DNA of 64,000 nt, from contig NW_002060945.1 in NCBI RefSeq assembly GCF_000150275.1, forward strand, positions 6,873,607-6,937,606, given 5' to 3'. The position numbers and the translations under genes were made by a program. Below are positions 1-12,060 of the stretch, in pieces (position 1 is the first letter of the stretch; each line of letters starts with the position of its first letter). This stretch comes from Trichoplax adhaerens. Its lineage: Eukaryota; Animalia; Placozoa. The notes under the pieces are model-generated. The model searched no databases. It was not told the DNA's origin and worked only from the letters and a program-made list of their open reading frames with translations.

Positions 1-198
1 ATAATAAACGAGTATATAATTAATTAACTGAAGAGACCAACCGGTAGTTTACTTCCTGTACAGTCTACTACTGTGGATCATAAAACACTCGACTTTTCAG
101 TGCATACTATATACTGTATGTGGACTTTGCAGGCATAGTTGTACAATGCACTGCACATTTACATATGGGGCAGAACGATGACGTATCTATAGTAGTTT

Positions 199-393
199 GG
201 GGAAAGCTTCCGACTTTTCTTTCAGGACCTTCTTTAACCCCTAGTGCTGCTGTTAGCGGGGGGTTACGAGGGAAGGCTCTGATCTAGTATTTTGGACCTT
301 CCCTTCGCATAAACGGTCAGCACTGGGGTAGCTTAATTTTTGTCTGTGAACGGCACCCGATATGGGAAACTCTAGTAGGAGTGCTGTAGCAGT
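199..393 (+). ncRNA. Candidate structured Sm-site (snRNA-like) RNA, family unassigned
   Basis: GC-rich island with nested helices containing GU pairs (239-249/318-328, 250-254/312-316, 268-276/297-305), AATTTTTG at 335-342 and a 3' stem-loop (350-356/381-387). No signature of a known snRNA recognised. Confidence 0.35.
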
Positions 394-1493
394 CCTCAGT
401 GTTCTACAGTATTGGACTATGGACTACTAAAAAAGGAAATGGTCTCCATGATTAGACTTTTTAATTCATTTTTTTTAATCCATCGAGAGAAATATTTTGA
501 ACAATTAGAGACTTGGCTAATACAAAGTAAACTCATTTTCACTAATAATAATTATAATTCGTATAGATATACAGTATCTCGTATATGCAGTACTAGCTGA
601 GATACCCATTCGAAATGAACTTCGAAAAGCATTACAGACTTTACTAACATATGATAAATAAGGAACGTTTAGGAGTAAATGTGATACACAGTATAGTAGT
701 TCGTCCATATTAGTAAGCGGTGGACAATTAAATTGTACAGTAAAAGTATGGACCACTAGAAAAAACAGTAGTGGTCCATGATTAAAGGTAAAAGTATAAG
801 TACGCAAAGTGTAGCGAGCGAGAGATCGACTAGTAAGAATCATTTACTGAAAATTGTACATTCTACTATTCAATTTGATATAACAGCGAATAAAATGGAG
901 ACCTATGCTAAGCAATTATCAAAATTATTTATTTCATATGATAGGAAAACAATTCGACACGCATACGTGTATAAAGACTACAACTCGTGTCAATATGTCA
1001 GCATGTTGCAATTGTAATATCAAATAGTTCACAATTCATAACATAAAAACGCAGTATCTTAAAAGTAAGAACCAAAACGGGCTAAAATTAAATGTATAAC
1101 CGATAGATTTAAAAAAATGGATATAACATCCAATCAGAACAGTAATTCAAACTCTAAAAAGTCTAATACAGCCGTTATCAGTCAATGTTGCGCTTCATAA
1201 GAGTGCGCCAAATGAAATTTTTACATTTTATTAACTTTAGATTTGTTCAAAATGACTAATTATTATATCAACTTTCTGCAAGATTATAATCCAGCTATAA
1301 AAAAATCATTCCATTATGCAAAAACTGTCCAGATATACAGTACGTATATCACCTTTTGGATAAATTATCAATCTGTACAAAAACTACATCTAAATTTATC
1401 CGAAATTGTACATGTGGTCATGTACTGAATTAAAACCATGTTATCAGTATACGAGTATTACATATGATAATTATACAAGTAAAAATAACAATA

Positions 1494-4400
1494 TTAAGAA
1501 TCACCGGCATTATCACCTAACTCTTGCGTGGTATCACCGGCATTATCTTTTAACTCTTGCGTAGTACCACTGGCATTATCCTTTAACTCTTGTGTGGTAT
1601 CTCTGATATTATTATTATCTAATTCTTGCGTAATATCACCCGTCACTTTCATTTCACTTTTTAGAGCATCTTTCACGAACGGTTCAAGTCGTTCTTCTAA
1701 ACTATGGCCCATCAAATCTTTTCTGGTAATGATACCAGAAATCCTAGAACAATAAGCTTAGAGTTATCATCAAACTTTAACAGCTACCGTATACGTATCG
1801 ACTTGTATAAATTAACGGAATGATCATACCTGTTACTAGTGTCGGTAACAATTAAGTGTCTGGAAAGCAATAGAGATCGAATTAGGTACAATTTAAAAGA
1901 AGACAAATTTTATACCAACCATAAAATTGTCAAAAAATATACCTTAAGCCAAGAGTTCGAAAGAGAGCGTAAACTCTATACAAGGAATATGACTCTGGTA
2001 CACAGATCGGCGATTGTCCATAATAATGTGCCTAACAAATATTATCGAGCTCTTAACTTATTTGTATAGTAATTACAGTTTAGCAGAATCAGTATTTATA
2101 GCCCATAGCAGCATAACTTGTTACTTACCAAATCTATGTAAAGGTCATTATATTTTTCATCATGACAGTACTTTTCAAGAGCTTCTTTAACTGGGCCTTC
2201 ATTCGGCTTTTCAAGATGTTTAGGTGCTTCGATAAACTATAAAAGGACTCATGAAAATCAATAAAGACAAGCTCCAAGAAGCAAACAAATTCATTTTCAA
2301 ACGTTTTACCTGCTGATAATCTAGCACGGGAACATCAACAGGACTTGCTTCATTAGATTCGAATAAATCTTCTTGTAACATTATCAAATTCAACTCTGGC
2401 CTAAAATAACAACATCTCTTTACACATCTTACACATTCTGTAATATCGTAATATTTATAAGAATTTCAGAATCTGAATATTGATCTCACTTAAACTTAAA
2501 ACATTTACAGACATTTACCTTTTGATAATTCCGCAAACTATCTCGGTACCTTCAACTTCTTTAACAATAGGAAAGCCACAATGTTGGCAATTCAATAGCA
2601 ACTTGGCAATATCTGCAACGCGTTCTCGCGATCGCAGAATCTAGTCAATAGAATAATGTTAATTCTCTACGATCATAAATTTTACACTAAAACATTGTTA
2701 CCAGAGGATTTTTCGCCATAATTTGTCCAGCCGTAAAAAGTTCTATGCTAACGCTAAACAAGCAGAAAGTATAGTAAATTAACATCTCATTCATTCTTTA
2801 AAATGCAGTAAGTAAAGTCTTTACTTGTCTTTCTTGTTATGTAATATAACCGGTTCCCAGTTTAAAAATGGGATGCACTTCATTTCCATTAATGCATGAT
2901 ACAGCGAATGGGTAATGGTATCACCGACCCACTTTGCAATTATGACGGCAGTCATTATACATAATAAGAACTGCACGTCATTGGTAATTTCCATCTTTAT
3001 GTCCGAAAGTTATATCAAAGTATTAGTTCTATTATTATTAATAAGAAAAAAAATAAAATAAACCAGACTCTTTTACATACCATAATTACTGTCAATGACA
3101 TTGTTAAGCGTGAGACACCAGCAAAGAATGATGCAGAGCCAATTAAAGCAAATGCTCCTGGATCTATCCATGTCCAGTATCCTATCATTGCGTTGAGAGA
3201 ATATTGAAAAATTTTAAATATAGGTGCATGTTGCATTTCTATTAATACTTATTTTATGCATCTCATTTTTGTTCTTCTACGCGTACCTGCACGATGTATG
3301 CCAAACATATGTACCATGATACGTCCAACAATGCGGCCGTATAATGAACCTATTAAGCTATACCAATTTATAGAGATTGCCGTAAAATTTAGCCACCCTA
3401 TCAATTTTATTAAATCTTATTTTCTTTAAACTTACAGCATCGGTACAACAAGACCACTAGCGACTGACGTCCCAGAGGACCAGCAGGATAAAAGGAAATA
3501 AATAACTAGAATTGCTATTAAAGGCCTACAATTTTTTAAAGAATTATAAATTTACTAGCATGTGTACAAATGACATTTATTGATGTGAAAATTTTCATTA
3601 TCATAGAAGATAAAGTCAAGTCGCTCCTAACATACCCAAAATCGAATTCTAAATGGGTATTGCGTGACAAAAGATGTTTTATAGCTTCTTCACCAGTCAC
3701 AAACATTAACGTTGCAACTAATATTATGCCAAAAGCAAGAAAGATTACATTAATTTGCATTGGCAATCTTTAATCAAATAAATGTGTTGACAACTACTGT
3801 ACTAGTATTAGTATCATTTCTACAGTATTTATGATATGTTTACTATACTCGTATACAAATGTACATCAAATAACAATCGAACCTACCTTGACTATAAGAT
3901 CTATTGTAGAATACAGTGGTATCATTATAGTTAATGTTAACACCAGCTTCACAAGTATATAGTTGTACATTCGGTTCAAGATGCAATGGGTGTCTACGAT
4001 CTGTTAAACACTGAGGGCTAAAGATAAAATTGGAAACGGTCAATTTTTAAAGATAAACAGATTCGTTGTTGTACGATCGTTTAACATGGATAACCAATCA
4101 GATCTTACCTGGATGTATCTGTATCCAGTCGACATCGGAAAGGAGTACAAGGGAATGCTGCAGGTAGGAAAACTGAAATAGTAGCCATAATTGCCTAAAA
4201 GTATAGATATTCAAAATTTTATAATTAACAACGTACTCGCAGTGTTTTGTAGTTAAAAATTGAGAATTTCATTTTTAGATCCCAAAACAAATCGATTCGA
4301 ATTCTTTACCATTATAAGAACTGGTTCAGCGATTTTACATGCTGTCTTCCATCGTTTATTTTTTATACGTTTCATTACCGACGAACGATATCTTCGAATC

Positions 4401-7400
4401 TTGATACCAATAAAAAAAATTTAATATTAGTCAGTAATTATGGCGAATATCTGCTTAAGGTAAGATATTATCTTTAGAATTACCCAAATTCTTCTAATTA
4501 TAAATATTGTTAATAAAAAATGTGAAAGAATGAGAAGGAAATATCTGAAATTTCTTACTTTAACATTTAAAAAAGTGAAGAAAGCACCCAGTATTCCTCC
4601 GATAATACCAAGTATAATGGATGGAATAAAAGCTACAAGGTTTATAGATATACCACGTTTCACCTGAAAATACAGCGGAAAGGTATTTATATGTAAGCAT
4701 TTAATGATGTACTACGGTAACATTACTATAGTGGATGAAAAGAAGCTAAAATTTACCTGGAAAATAATATATTTGTCTTCTTTAAAGGCACCAAATTCAC
4801 CAGCATACTTAAACCCATCAAAAGCCGAATTGAAGAGATCCTAAGTAATCAATCATAACGATTGATGATAAATATACTTTTATTTAGTTGCATTAACCGT
4901 ATTCAGGATTGCAGAATTACTTACGGTAGTAGCAGTTGATACCATACAGCAAAAGAACGTCATCCAACTTTGCTTTATGCTCCAAAATGAAGCAACTTCT
5001 TCCATAGCAAAGAGTAGCCCACCTACAGGAGACCCAAATGCAGCAGAAACACCGGCTCCAACTCCAGCATTTATAAAATCACGTCTAATTATAACATAAT
5101 ATAGAGGATATTACATGGCATTATCCGATCTCACATACTACGTTCACTTTTACGGGATAGATGCGAAGTTCGGTAGATTCATAAAAACCCAATACTTGTT
5201 ATTTTATTACCTGTCTTTCGGATTTCGAAATTTTTCAAGAATAGGTAATTTGATTTTAAACGTATCTGACTTCAACTGGCTCAGTCCAGCTCCCACAAGA
5301 CCTCTGTGTAATGAAAATCAACAAGAAATTACTTTGACTTTAGTTATCAATCAATCAACTATCGATTGGTTACAATGTATTGATAGGTTCATGTCAAGTT
5401 ATGGTTAAAAGGTTTTAACATACTTTATCAAAAATTCATGACTATCGCAAAGCTCATTAACTACCAAAAAAACTGTTAATTTTTTTCGGAGTCCATGCAT
5501 TACTGAAGTAAATAGTAAAGGATGAGAATTTCTAATGAAAATACATGCGATCCTTCTATTACTAAACATGTATTGTAGTATCTTTGACAGCAATCATTAC
5601 TGGTATTGCATATAATCACTATGAGTATAATAATTCATGGCAGTAAGTTTTCTATAACGCTGATCTAGAAAGCATACATCCTAGGTAGCACAATTTAAAA
5701 TAAAAGTGTTTACACACTTAGTACTTACTAACCCTAAATGAATCATTGGCCCTTCTGGGCCGATCGGTAAGCCGGAACCCACTGCACAAACGCAAGACAA
5801 AAACTTTATTATCATAGTCTTGAAACTGAATACTTTTCGAATACGGCTTCCATTCAAGAAGCCAATAAGTTCCGGCATACCCGAGCCACCAGCCGATGGC
5901 CTAAAGAACTGCAACATTTGGAGAGTAATAATTAATCAACTCTTAATTAGAGCTGATGTAGATTACAAAATATGTAGCTCGAAACAATGCAAGGACGTTA
6001 TTTACAGACAAGGAATAAAAGGAAACATTCTGACTGTATACAGAGTAAAAATAATATTGAGAATGGATAATTGATAGCAAACTTTGATTAGCAGCAAATA
6101 GGCATTTATTTCTTGCTATCGTATATGCTAAACATATTGCCACGGCTAGTATAGCATTCTAACAAGTACTAACCACTACTAGTGAGGCGGATACTAGAAC
6201 AAATAGCATGCTATAACCGATAGTGAAGATCCAGGCAACACCAAAATTTCCTTCCTAAGAATTATAATAGAACACAATATTGAAATAAGTATAAATTTTC
6301 TTAATCCAACCAAAGAGTAAATTTAAGAATGTGCAGTATACAGTAATTGTATCGACTTATGTAATGAAATAGATAATTTACATAACTCGATGATACTCAT
6401 ATGTAAAGATTGCACATCAAAGTATTGATAGCCTAGAAATCTCGGTATAATTATTTTAGATCGCTAGAATAAAAACCGACATACCACGATCATTCTTCCA
6501 GCAACCGAGAACTTTGTTCTATTTAGTGGTACAAAGAAAGAAAAATTCAACACCCGCTTATCATATTATCAGGTCGTTCTATATTATATAGAAGCATTAT
6601 TTGTAATGTTGTAGTACAGCATTTAATAAAATTAAAATTAGATTAAAAGTACTGTAACCGTAGTTTCCTCTGATCATAGCCCCACTAAGTGATTATTTAT
6701 TTCTGAATATCCAGTAAACTACTATACGACAGACTGTCAGTAAATTGTTTTGGACTAGTGTCTTACTCCGATATTAGAAAATTAGATTAAAAACACTGTA
6801 ACCGTAGTTTCCTCTAATTCTAGCCCCACTAAGTAATTATTTATTTCTGAATATCCAGTAAAACACGATACGGCAGACTGTCAATAAATTGTTTTTGGAC
6901 TAGTTACTCTGATATTAGATCGATAAATTGATGTACAAATACTATACGGTAGACTATCGATAAATTGTTTATTATGTTAGTGGCTTACTCTGATATTAAA
7001 TCGATAAATTGATGTAATAACCATCCAACAACACCAACGGCAAATCCAATCAGACCCATCATAAGCCATCGATCCCATTCTACCTGGACGGAAGCAGTTC
7101 GTAACCAATCCTGTATAGCATCATTATAACTGGTGACACTTTGCAATCTCATTATTGCTAGAAAATTTCACTTTTTCATTTTACACGTCTCTAAAATCTA
7201 TGATCAATCTATACTAATTGAACATGATACTGTAGGGCGTGATGTCTATCGTACGATAACGGTCTATAATGCAGTGTTGAAAATCAACATTGAACTCCTG
7301 ATAGACGAATAAATTAAACTATGCAGCATGTTATCGAGCTGTTTCAGCGGTTTGAAAAGCTAAAAAAGTGGTACTAATTATACATCGTAGATGTAGCAGC

Positions 7401-7947
7401 ACCATTGCTAGGTAAGAATATTGGCTAAAAAGAAGCTGGATGAAAGTTAATTTGTGCGAGCGTCGGTAACCCACTCTATGCGCATATACTTTAATGGAGT
7501 ACCGTAATTATCCCAATTTTAATTAACTTGTGTATTTTCTACTTCTAACGATGTATGGAAACTTTCATTTATATTTACATCAAGCTATTTCTTGACTTTG
7601 AATACATAAAGGTAGGCGATATTATTTATAAGTAGGCGGTACGTCTAAAGGTCTAAATCTTAACAACGTCTAGTGGAGCCCGGTCTCGAACCACGTTCAT
7701 CAAGTCATACCTGGTAGCTATCGCTTTGCGGCGAAAGATAATCAAAACTTTCATATTCTGACAGCTTTTCTTGCTCTTTTTTCGTGTAAGAATGGCTGGT
7801 ATAAGTACTTTCAAACTCTCTACCCGTTTGAAAAAAAGTCAATTCGGCGAAATCATCAGGTAATATTTCATCGTCTTCATCAGCATCTTCCACTTCAGCT
7901 GGAATGTAAGCGCGAAGCTTCTTTCTTCGTCTTAGTATCCTATTCAT
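1494..7947 (-). CDS. CLC family Cl-/H+ exchanger, paralog A (ClC-6/7-related, GPEGP type), ~24 coding exons
   Basis: Spliced by eye, all GT-AG. Approx. exons: 7947-7711, 7110-6989, 6518-6485, 6254-6174, 5908-5732, 5303-5211, 5084-4925, 4840-4757, 4663-4559, 4400-4311, 4194-4109, 4017-3887, 3717-3636, 3525-3436, 3357-3287, 3181-3081, 2994-2825, 2754-2702, 2640-2519, 2400-2310, 2237-2129, 2031-1943, 1859-1830, 1744-1494. Motifs: [51 protein letters not shown] domains ([21 protein letters not shown]). ATG at 7947; probable 5'UTR intron ~7969-8089. Confidence 0.93.
1501..1641 (-). repeat. Coding 33-bp tandem repeat (~4 copies, 11-aa unit [11 protein letters not shown]) at the CLC-A C-terminus
   Basis: Units start at 1501, 1534, 1567 and 1600 (last one 36 bp) on +; in frame up to the stop codon. 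Confidence 0.9.
6638..7016. repeat. ~143-bp tandem duplication plus partial third copy overlapping the CLC-A exon 2 donor
   Basis: ttagattaaaa..actgtaaccgtagtttcctct..gccccactaagt..tctgaatatccagtaaa recurs at ~6638 and ~6782; ttactc(c/t)gatatta recurs at ~6763, ~6904 and ~6985. Confidence 0.85.
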
Positions 7948-10806
7948 GCTAACAGCCAATAACTTGACCTGGAAATCAACTTTAAATAATATCTACTGCA
8001 ATCGTCTAGATCTCAAGTTCTTTTTAGACACTAGAATCGATTCTATGATGAGAGAAAGGGAAGAGAATTGGAAATTATTCCATGCAAACCTTCTCTCCGC
8101 CTCGTTGGACAACGGGAGCCACCCACAACGACGACTGTCTGTCTGCCTGACCGAGTTCCTAGTGTCGATTAGTCTAGGTCCCCAAATATGTCAGCCGGTC
8201 TAATAGTAAATTAAGTTAATTATTTCGCAAGTTGATAATCAATATCGAACATACAGTCAATCAAGCATAGTCACCCCCTGCTGAGCTTTGATATCCTAGT
8301 CTATTCTCTATCGAATAAAGTACTGTATAGAACACTATACTCGAAACATAACAGTCGCTACTCTAATGCCCAATGGCCCAATGCCTATTCAAGTACAGAC
8401 AACTGGACAGGCAGACGACAAACCAACTTTCCTCATTAAAATGGCCTCTGATTTATAGTTCGCTGAAGACTGGAAATTGGATAATCCTAAGGAATGTTCA
8501 AGTCCATCTCAGGTATTCCAAGGCTGCAACCATGTGTCTATTAAGATATTGCTGTTTGCTTTGTCTTACAATGAACGGCACCGACGGATTAGTTGCGTAG
8601 AAAGGATAAACATATACGTAGATGCAGGTGTTGCAATCAGTCCAAAAGACTGACTGGCCACCATTCCAATGGAAGGACTTTGTGCATTCCTTAGGATTGA
8701 CAATAACACCCTCATCAGTATAGAGCAATAACTTTAATTTGGTTGAGTAATCGTGGATTTGATGTCAACATGAAACCCATAGCCAACATGATCGATCCAT
8801 CACTCACTATTCGCTTACAAAGGTTATTAATAAAGGATACTGATTGAGTCCTACCTGTTATAGCTGCGTGTATTGAGCTCGATTAGGTTAGGTATTCTTA
8901 AAATGTAGCTTAACGTCTAATTCTCGCAGATATTATAACGTTAAGAAGGTATAAGTATTTGGTATTTTGAACAATAAATTGATTCTTACAAAATATTATA
9001 ACGCTTGAGTTATTGAGTGAAGAACCTGGACAATAACATAGTAATAGTTATGAAGAGAGCTTCCCATTAAAACTGCTTGATTACCTTCGTAAAGACTAAA
9101 AATAATCATTATTCCAAGAGCAATCGTTGAGATGAAGATTTTATAAAAAAATTTTTGTAATTAAAAGAAATGAGACAATTAATACCGTTTATCATGTTGA
9201 TTTATTATTGATTAACATTTCTATATTTTATTCAAATTCTTGATGAACTATAGGCAGTATCAACATTGCTCAACAGGTTCAGAATATTACCTACGTTGCC
9301 AACATTATCTATGATAGTGTATTAACATAACCTACAAATACTTTTCTGAGCAAACAAGAAGCTTATTAACCTGGTAGCCGCGATCACGATTGTAATTTTT
9401 CAGGGTTTTATGGAAAAATAGCTTTATAGATTACAATCCTATGGGTCTTATTCGTATCGATATTTATGAATTTCGCACTATATACTGTACTGTTAGGACT
9501 AAAAATAAGGTACTAAAGTTATATCCTCGTAAATCATAAGTGGTATCTAGTTGAGCTTAGATTTAAAAGTTCTAGCGTTGAGCAATACACGGAATCGCTG
9601 ACTAGGTAGCACAATGCGAAATATCTGCTGCATATGCACTTTTCAAAACCATCATAAAATTATAACGAAGAACAAACATCCTATTGATAATAAAATTACT
9701 CCATCTAACTATATTTATTATGACACTTTCCTACTCCAATTATATCTCAATACACAGCTGATTGTACACTCAACGTACAGCAGATTCAGCTTTCTAAGCT
9801 GCAATAACCTTTGCATACCAATACTGGCCAACATTAGATATGCTGCATAGGATGGTAAATCTCACAAAGTCATCAAAAATTAAATTTAATACACGCACGA
9901 GTACAGCATGAAAGACTGTTCATGGGTATAACTTTTACAATTCGATGGATTTCAAATTGAATACTGGATAGATTAAAAAATATCAAATTTTCATTTGTAT
10001 ATATTTGCACGATAAAAGTATAATAATACTATCATGTAAATTCAGAAAAAATAAGGCAGTAATTTTAGAATCAAGTTTCGTCAAATTAAACTAATAGTAC
10101 AAATTGACTCTATATATAAGAAAAATATCAAAATTGTTTGAGTTTCCATCTAATGACATGCACAATTATACACTACATATGGTTTTTTTGATCGACACAT
10201 TACTACTACGGGTACAGTATATACAGTAGAAAGGCATTCTCTGCAAGATATGTTCAAATGGAAGCCAAGGATACCCAAACGCAATACATTAAGACTCTTA
10301 CTAATCGTATACATCACTTAAGATGAATGGCGAAAATGGCTTTCATCATTCATTATAATAACAATAATTACTTGGATATCATTAAAGGGCATTTGGTAAT
10401 CAGTTTGAAATTACAAAATAATTTATAGTTGGTAATTCCTATCCTGCACATTAGATTAGTGGCGTTCTAGTAAAGTGATGATCATCTCCAGGTCCGTAAA
10501 ACTAATTCAATATAGAACCTACTCGTATTCACATGATCGAGTTTTTCAATCGACAGTATTTGTATATTTTATGTCCACTATAGCAGCTATATCACTAATC
10601 CTATATGATTTAAATCCAATGACGCAATTATTAACGTTAATGTCGTGTATTAAAGCAATATATCAATCACAAATTGGTTTGCAATAATACTTACTACCTT
10701 CGTATTACAGTGATTATACGTAACTATACATAAAGTAAAACGCTTTCCTTAAATAGGATATTTTTTCAACTGTTGCAATACAATTACGAGGGCAACATAC
10801 TGTCAA

Positions 10807-11850
10807 TTACCCTTCATTATCAGGTATGGGTGTATTACAATTTCCATGGTAAACATTAATTTTACCATCGCATTTGAAATAAAGATCGAAAACATCTTTA
10901 TAGCCATGATCACGCCAGTACGTACATAACTGACGATTCCATGTACAAGGAAGAACGTAAAACATATCATTGTATTCCATATGAAGTAAGGTATATAAAT
11001 CTTGATCACCAAGATGGCCACGAAAATGGTATTTCTTAGCTAAATTTTCCGGTAAATTTTCATCAAGAACTTGACCAAATAATTTGGATTTTCTCATACG
11101 TTCTAAATCTAACAATAAAACACCGCTATTAAAACCAGTTAATCCATGTGGAGGTGGATCTCCTACTCTAGTCTTGGGATTTTCATGCCTATACTGCCAA
11201 AAGACATGGCGGTAGACCGGTTGACTTTCACGACCAATCCCAATAATATTGTTCGGTTGAAATTCATGAAATAAGTTGAATAAATTTCGAATATCAGTCG
11301 TAAATTTTAAGTCAGAATCCATCATAACAACACGTTTAAATTGTGCTGGTAGAAATTTATGCATAGCAACCGATAGAAAGAAGATGGCATCATTATAATA
11401 ACTTCCTTTGCTACTAAACATTGGTTGAAATTTCTCTACATAAGAATAGATCTTCTTCAATACGTCTTCCACAAAATGGGTAGTACTCTTGACGACACAA
11501 GATGGCCAATTCTTTTTAGCATTGTTAACTGCTTGATGTAATACCGATCGAGTGTCCTTATCCGTTACAAATAAGAAATGTAGTCTAGAAGTGGTGTGCT
11601 TAAAAACAGAATTGATTGTTTCCTCAAAGCGTACTGCTAAACGGCTACCAGGCGTAGCCCGAGTGAGAATCATCACGATATGTAGTTCTTCCTCCTGCTT
11701 GCAATTATTCCCCTCTGCACAGTATCCATTATTCGTGGTAGGTTTACTGACAAGATTTCTTCTTTCATCATCGCTTGCAATTCCATTGAATGTAAAGAGG
11801 AATAACACTATTAAAAGACGCCAAGACTGGGTGATAAAGATGTGATTCAT
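10807..11850 (-). CDS. XXYLT1: Xyloside xylosyltransferase 1 (GT8), single coding exon
   Basis: 347-aa ORF with N-terminal hydrophobic segment, DSD (DxD) motif, QPVYRH, GFNSGVLLLDL, GHLGDQD, LPCTWNRQLC and terminal YHGNCNTPIP, all characteristic of XXYLT1. Confidence 0.93.
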   Translation of the reverse strand: MNHIFITQSWRLLIVLFLFTFNGIASDDERRNLVSKPTTNNGYCAEGNNCKQEEELHIVMILTRATPGSRLAVRFEETINSVFKHTTSRLHFLFVTDKDTRSVLHQAVNNAKKNWPSCVVKSTTHFVEDVLKKIYSYVEKFQPMFSSKGSYYNDAIFFLSVAMHKFLPAQFKRVVMMDSDLKFTTDIRNLFNLFHEFQPNNIIGIGRESQPVYRHVFWQYRHENPKTRVGDPPPHGLTGFNSGVLLLDLERMRKSKLFGQVLDENLPENLAKKYHFRGHLGDQDLYTLLHMEYNDMFYVLPCTWNRQLCTYWRDHGYKDVFDLYFKCDGKINVYHGNCNTPIPDNEG

Positions 11851-12060
11851 TTTGGACTTGGATACAGTAAAATTGGAGATTGATTTCCAGCTTACTGTGC
11901 ACTACTGGTGAGTACTTGCCCTGGTTCTACTTAAAATTAAAACAGGGATTTGTAAGCGATACAAATGCTATAGTCAAGTAGTTACAGTAAATCAATCCAT
12001 ACAGCACCAACGTACTAGAGTTACTATGGTACTAGAGGAACCGACCGCATAGTGCTTACT

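Noticed and set aside
212-245. gacttttctttcagga resembles the U3 5' end; taacccctag resembles a telomerase template
   Set aside because: U3 box A (GAUCA) and boxes B/C/D are missing; the template has four Cs rather than CTAACCCTAA and no pseudoknot is evident.
268-290. gggaaggctctgatctag resembles RNase P CR-I (GGGAAGGUCUGAGACUAG); gaaagcttcc/atgggaaact resembles RNase MRP P4
   Set aside because: No matching CR-V strand (TCAGAC) downstream; the alternative P4 has two mismatches and no convincing P1-P3.
7705-7959. ORF-track start at 7959 for CLC-A
   Set aside because: That codon is TTG; the first ATG after the acceptor is at 7947.
8373-8728. Overlapping 75-76-aa ORFs upstream of CLC-A
   Set aside because: No recognisable homology or coherent exon chain.
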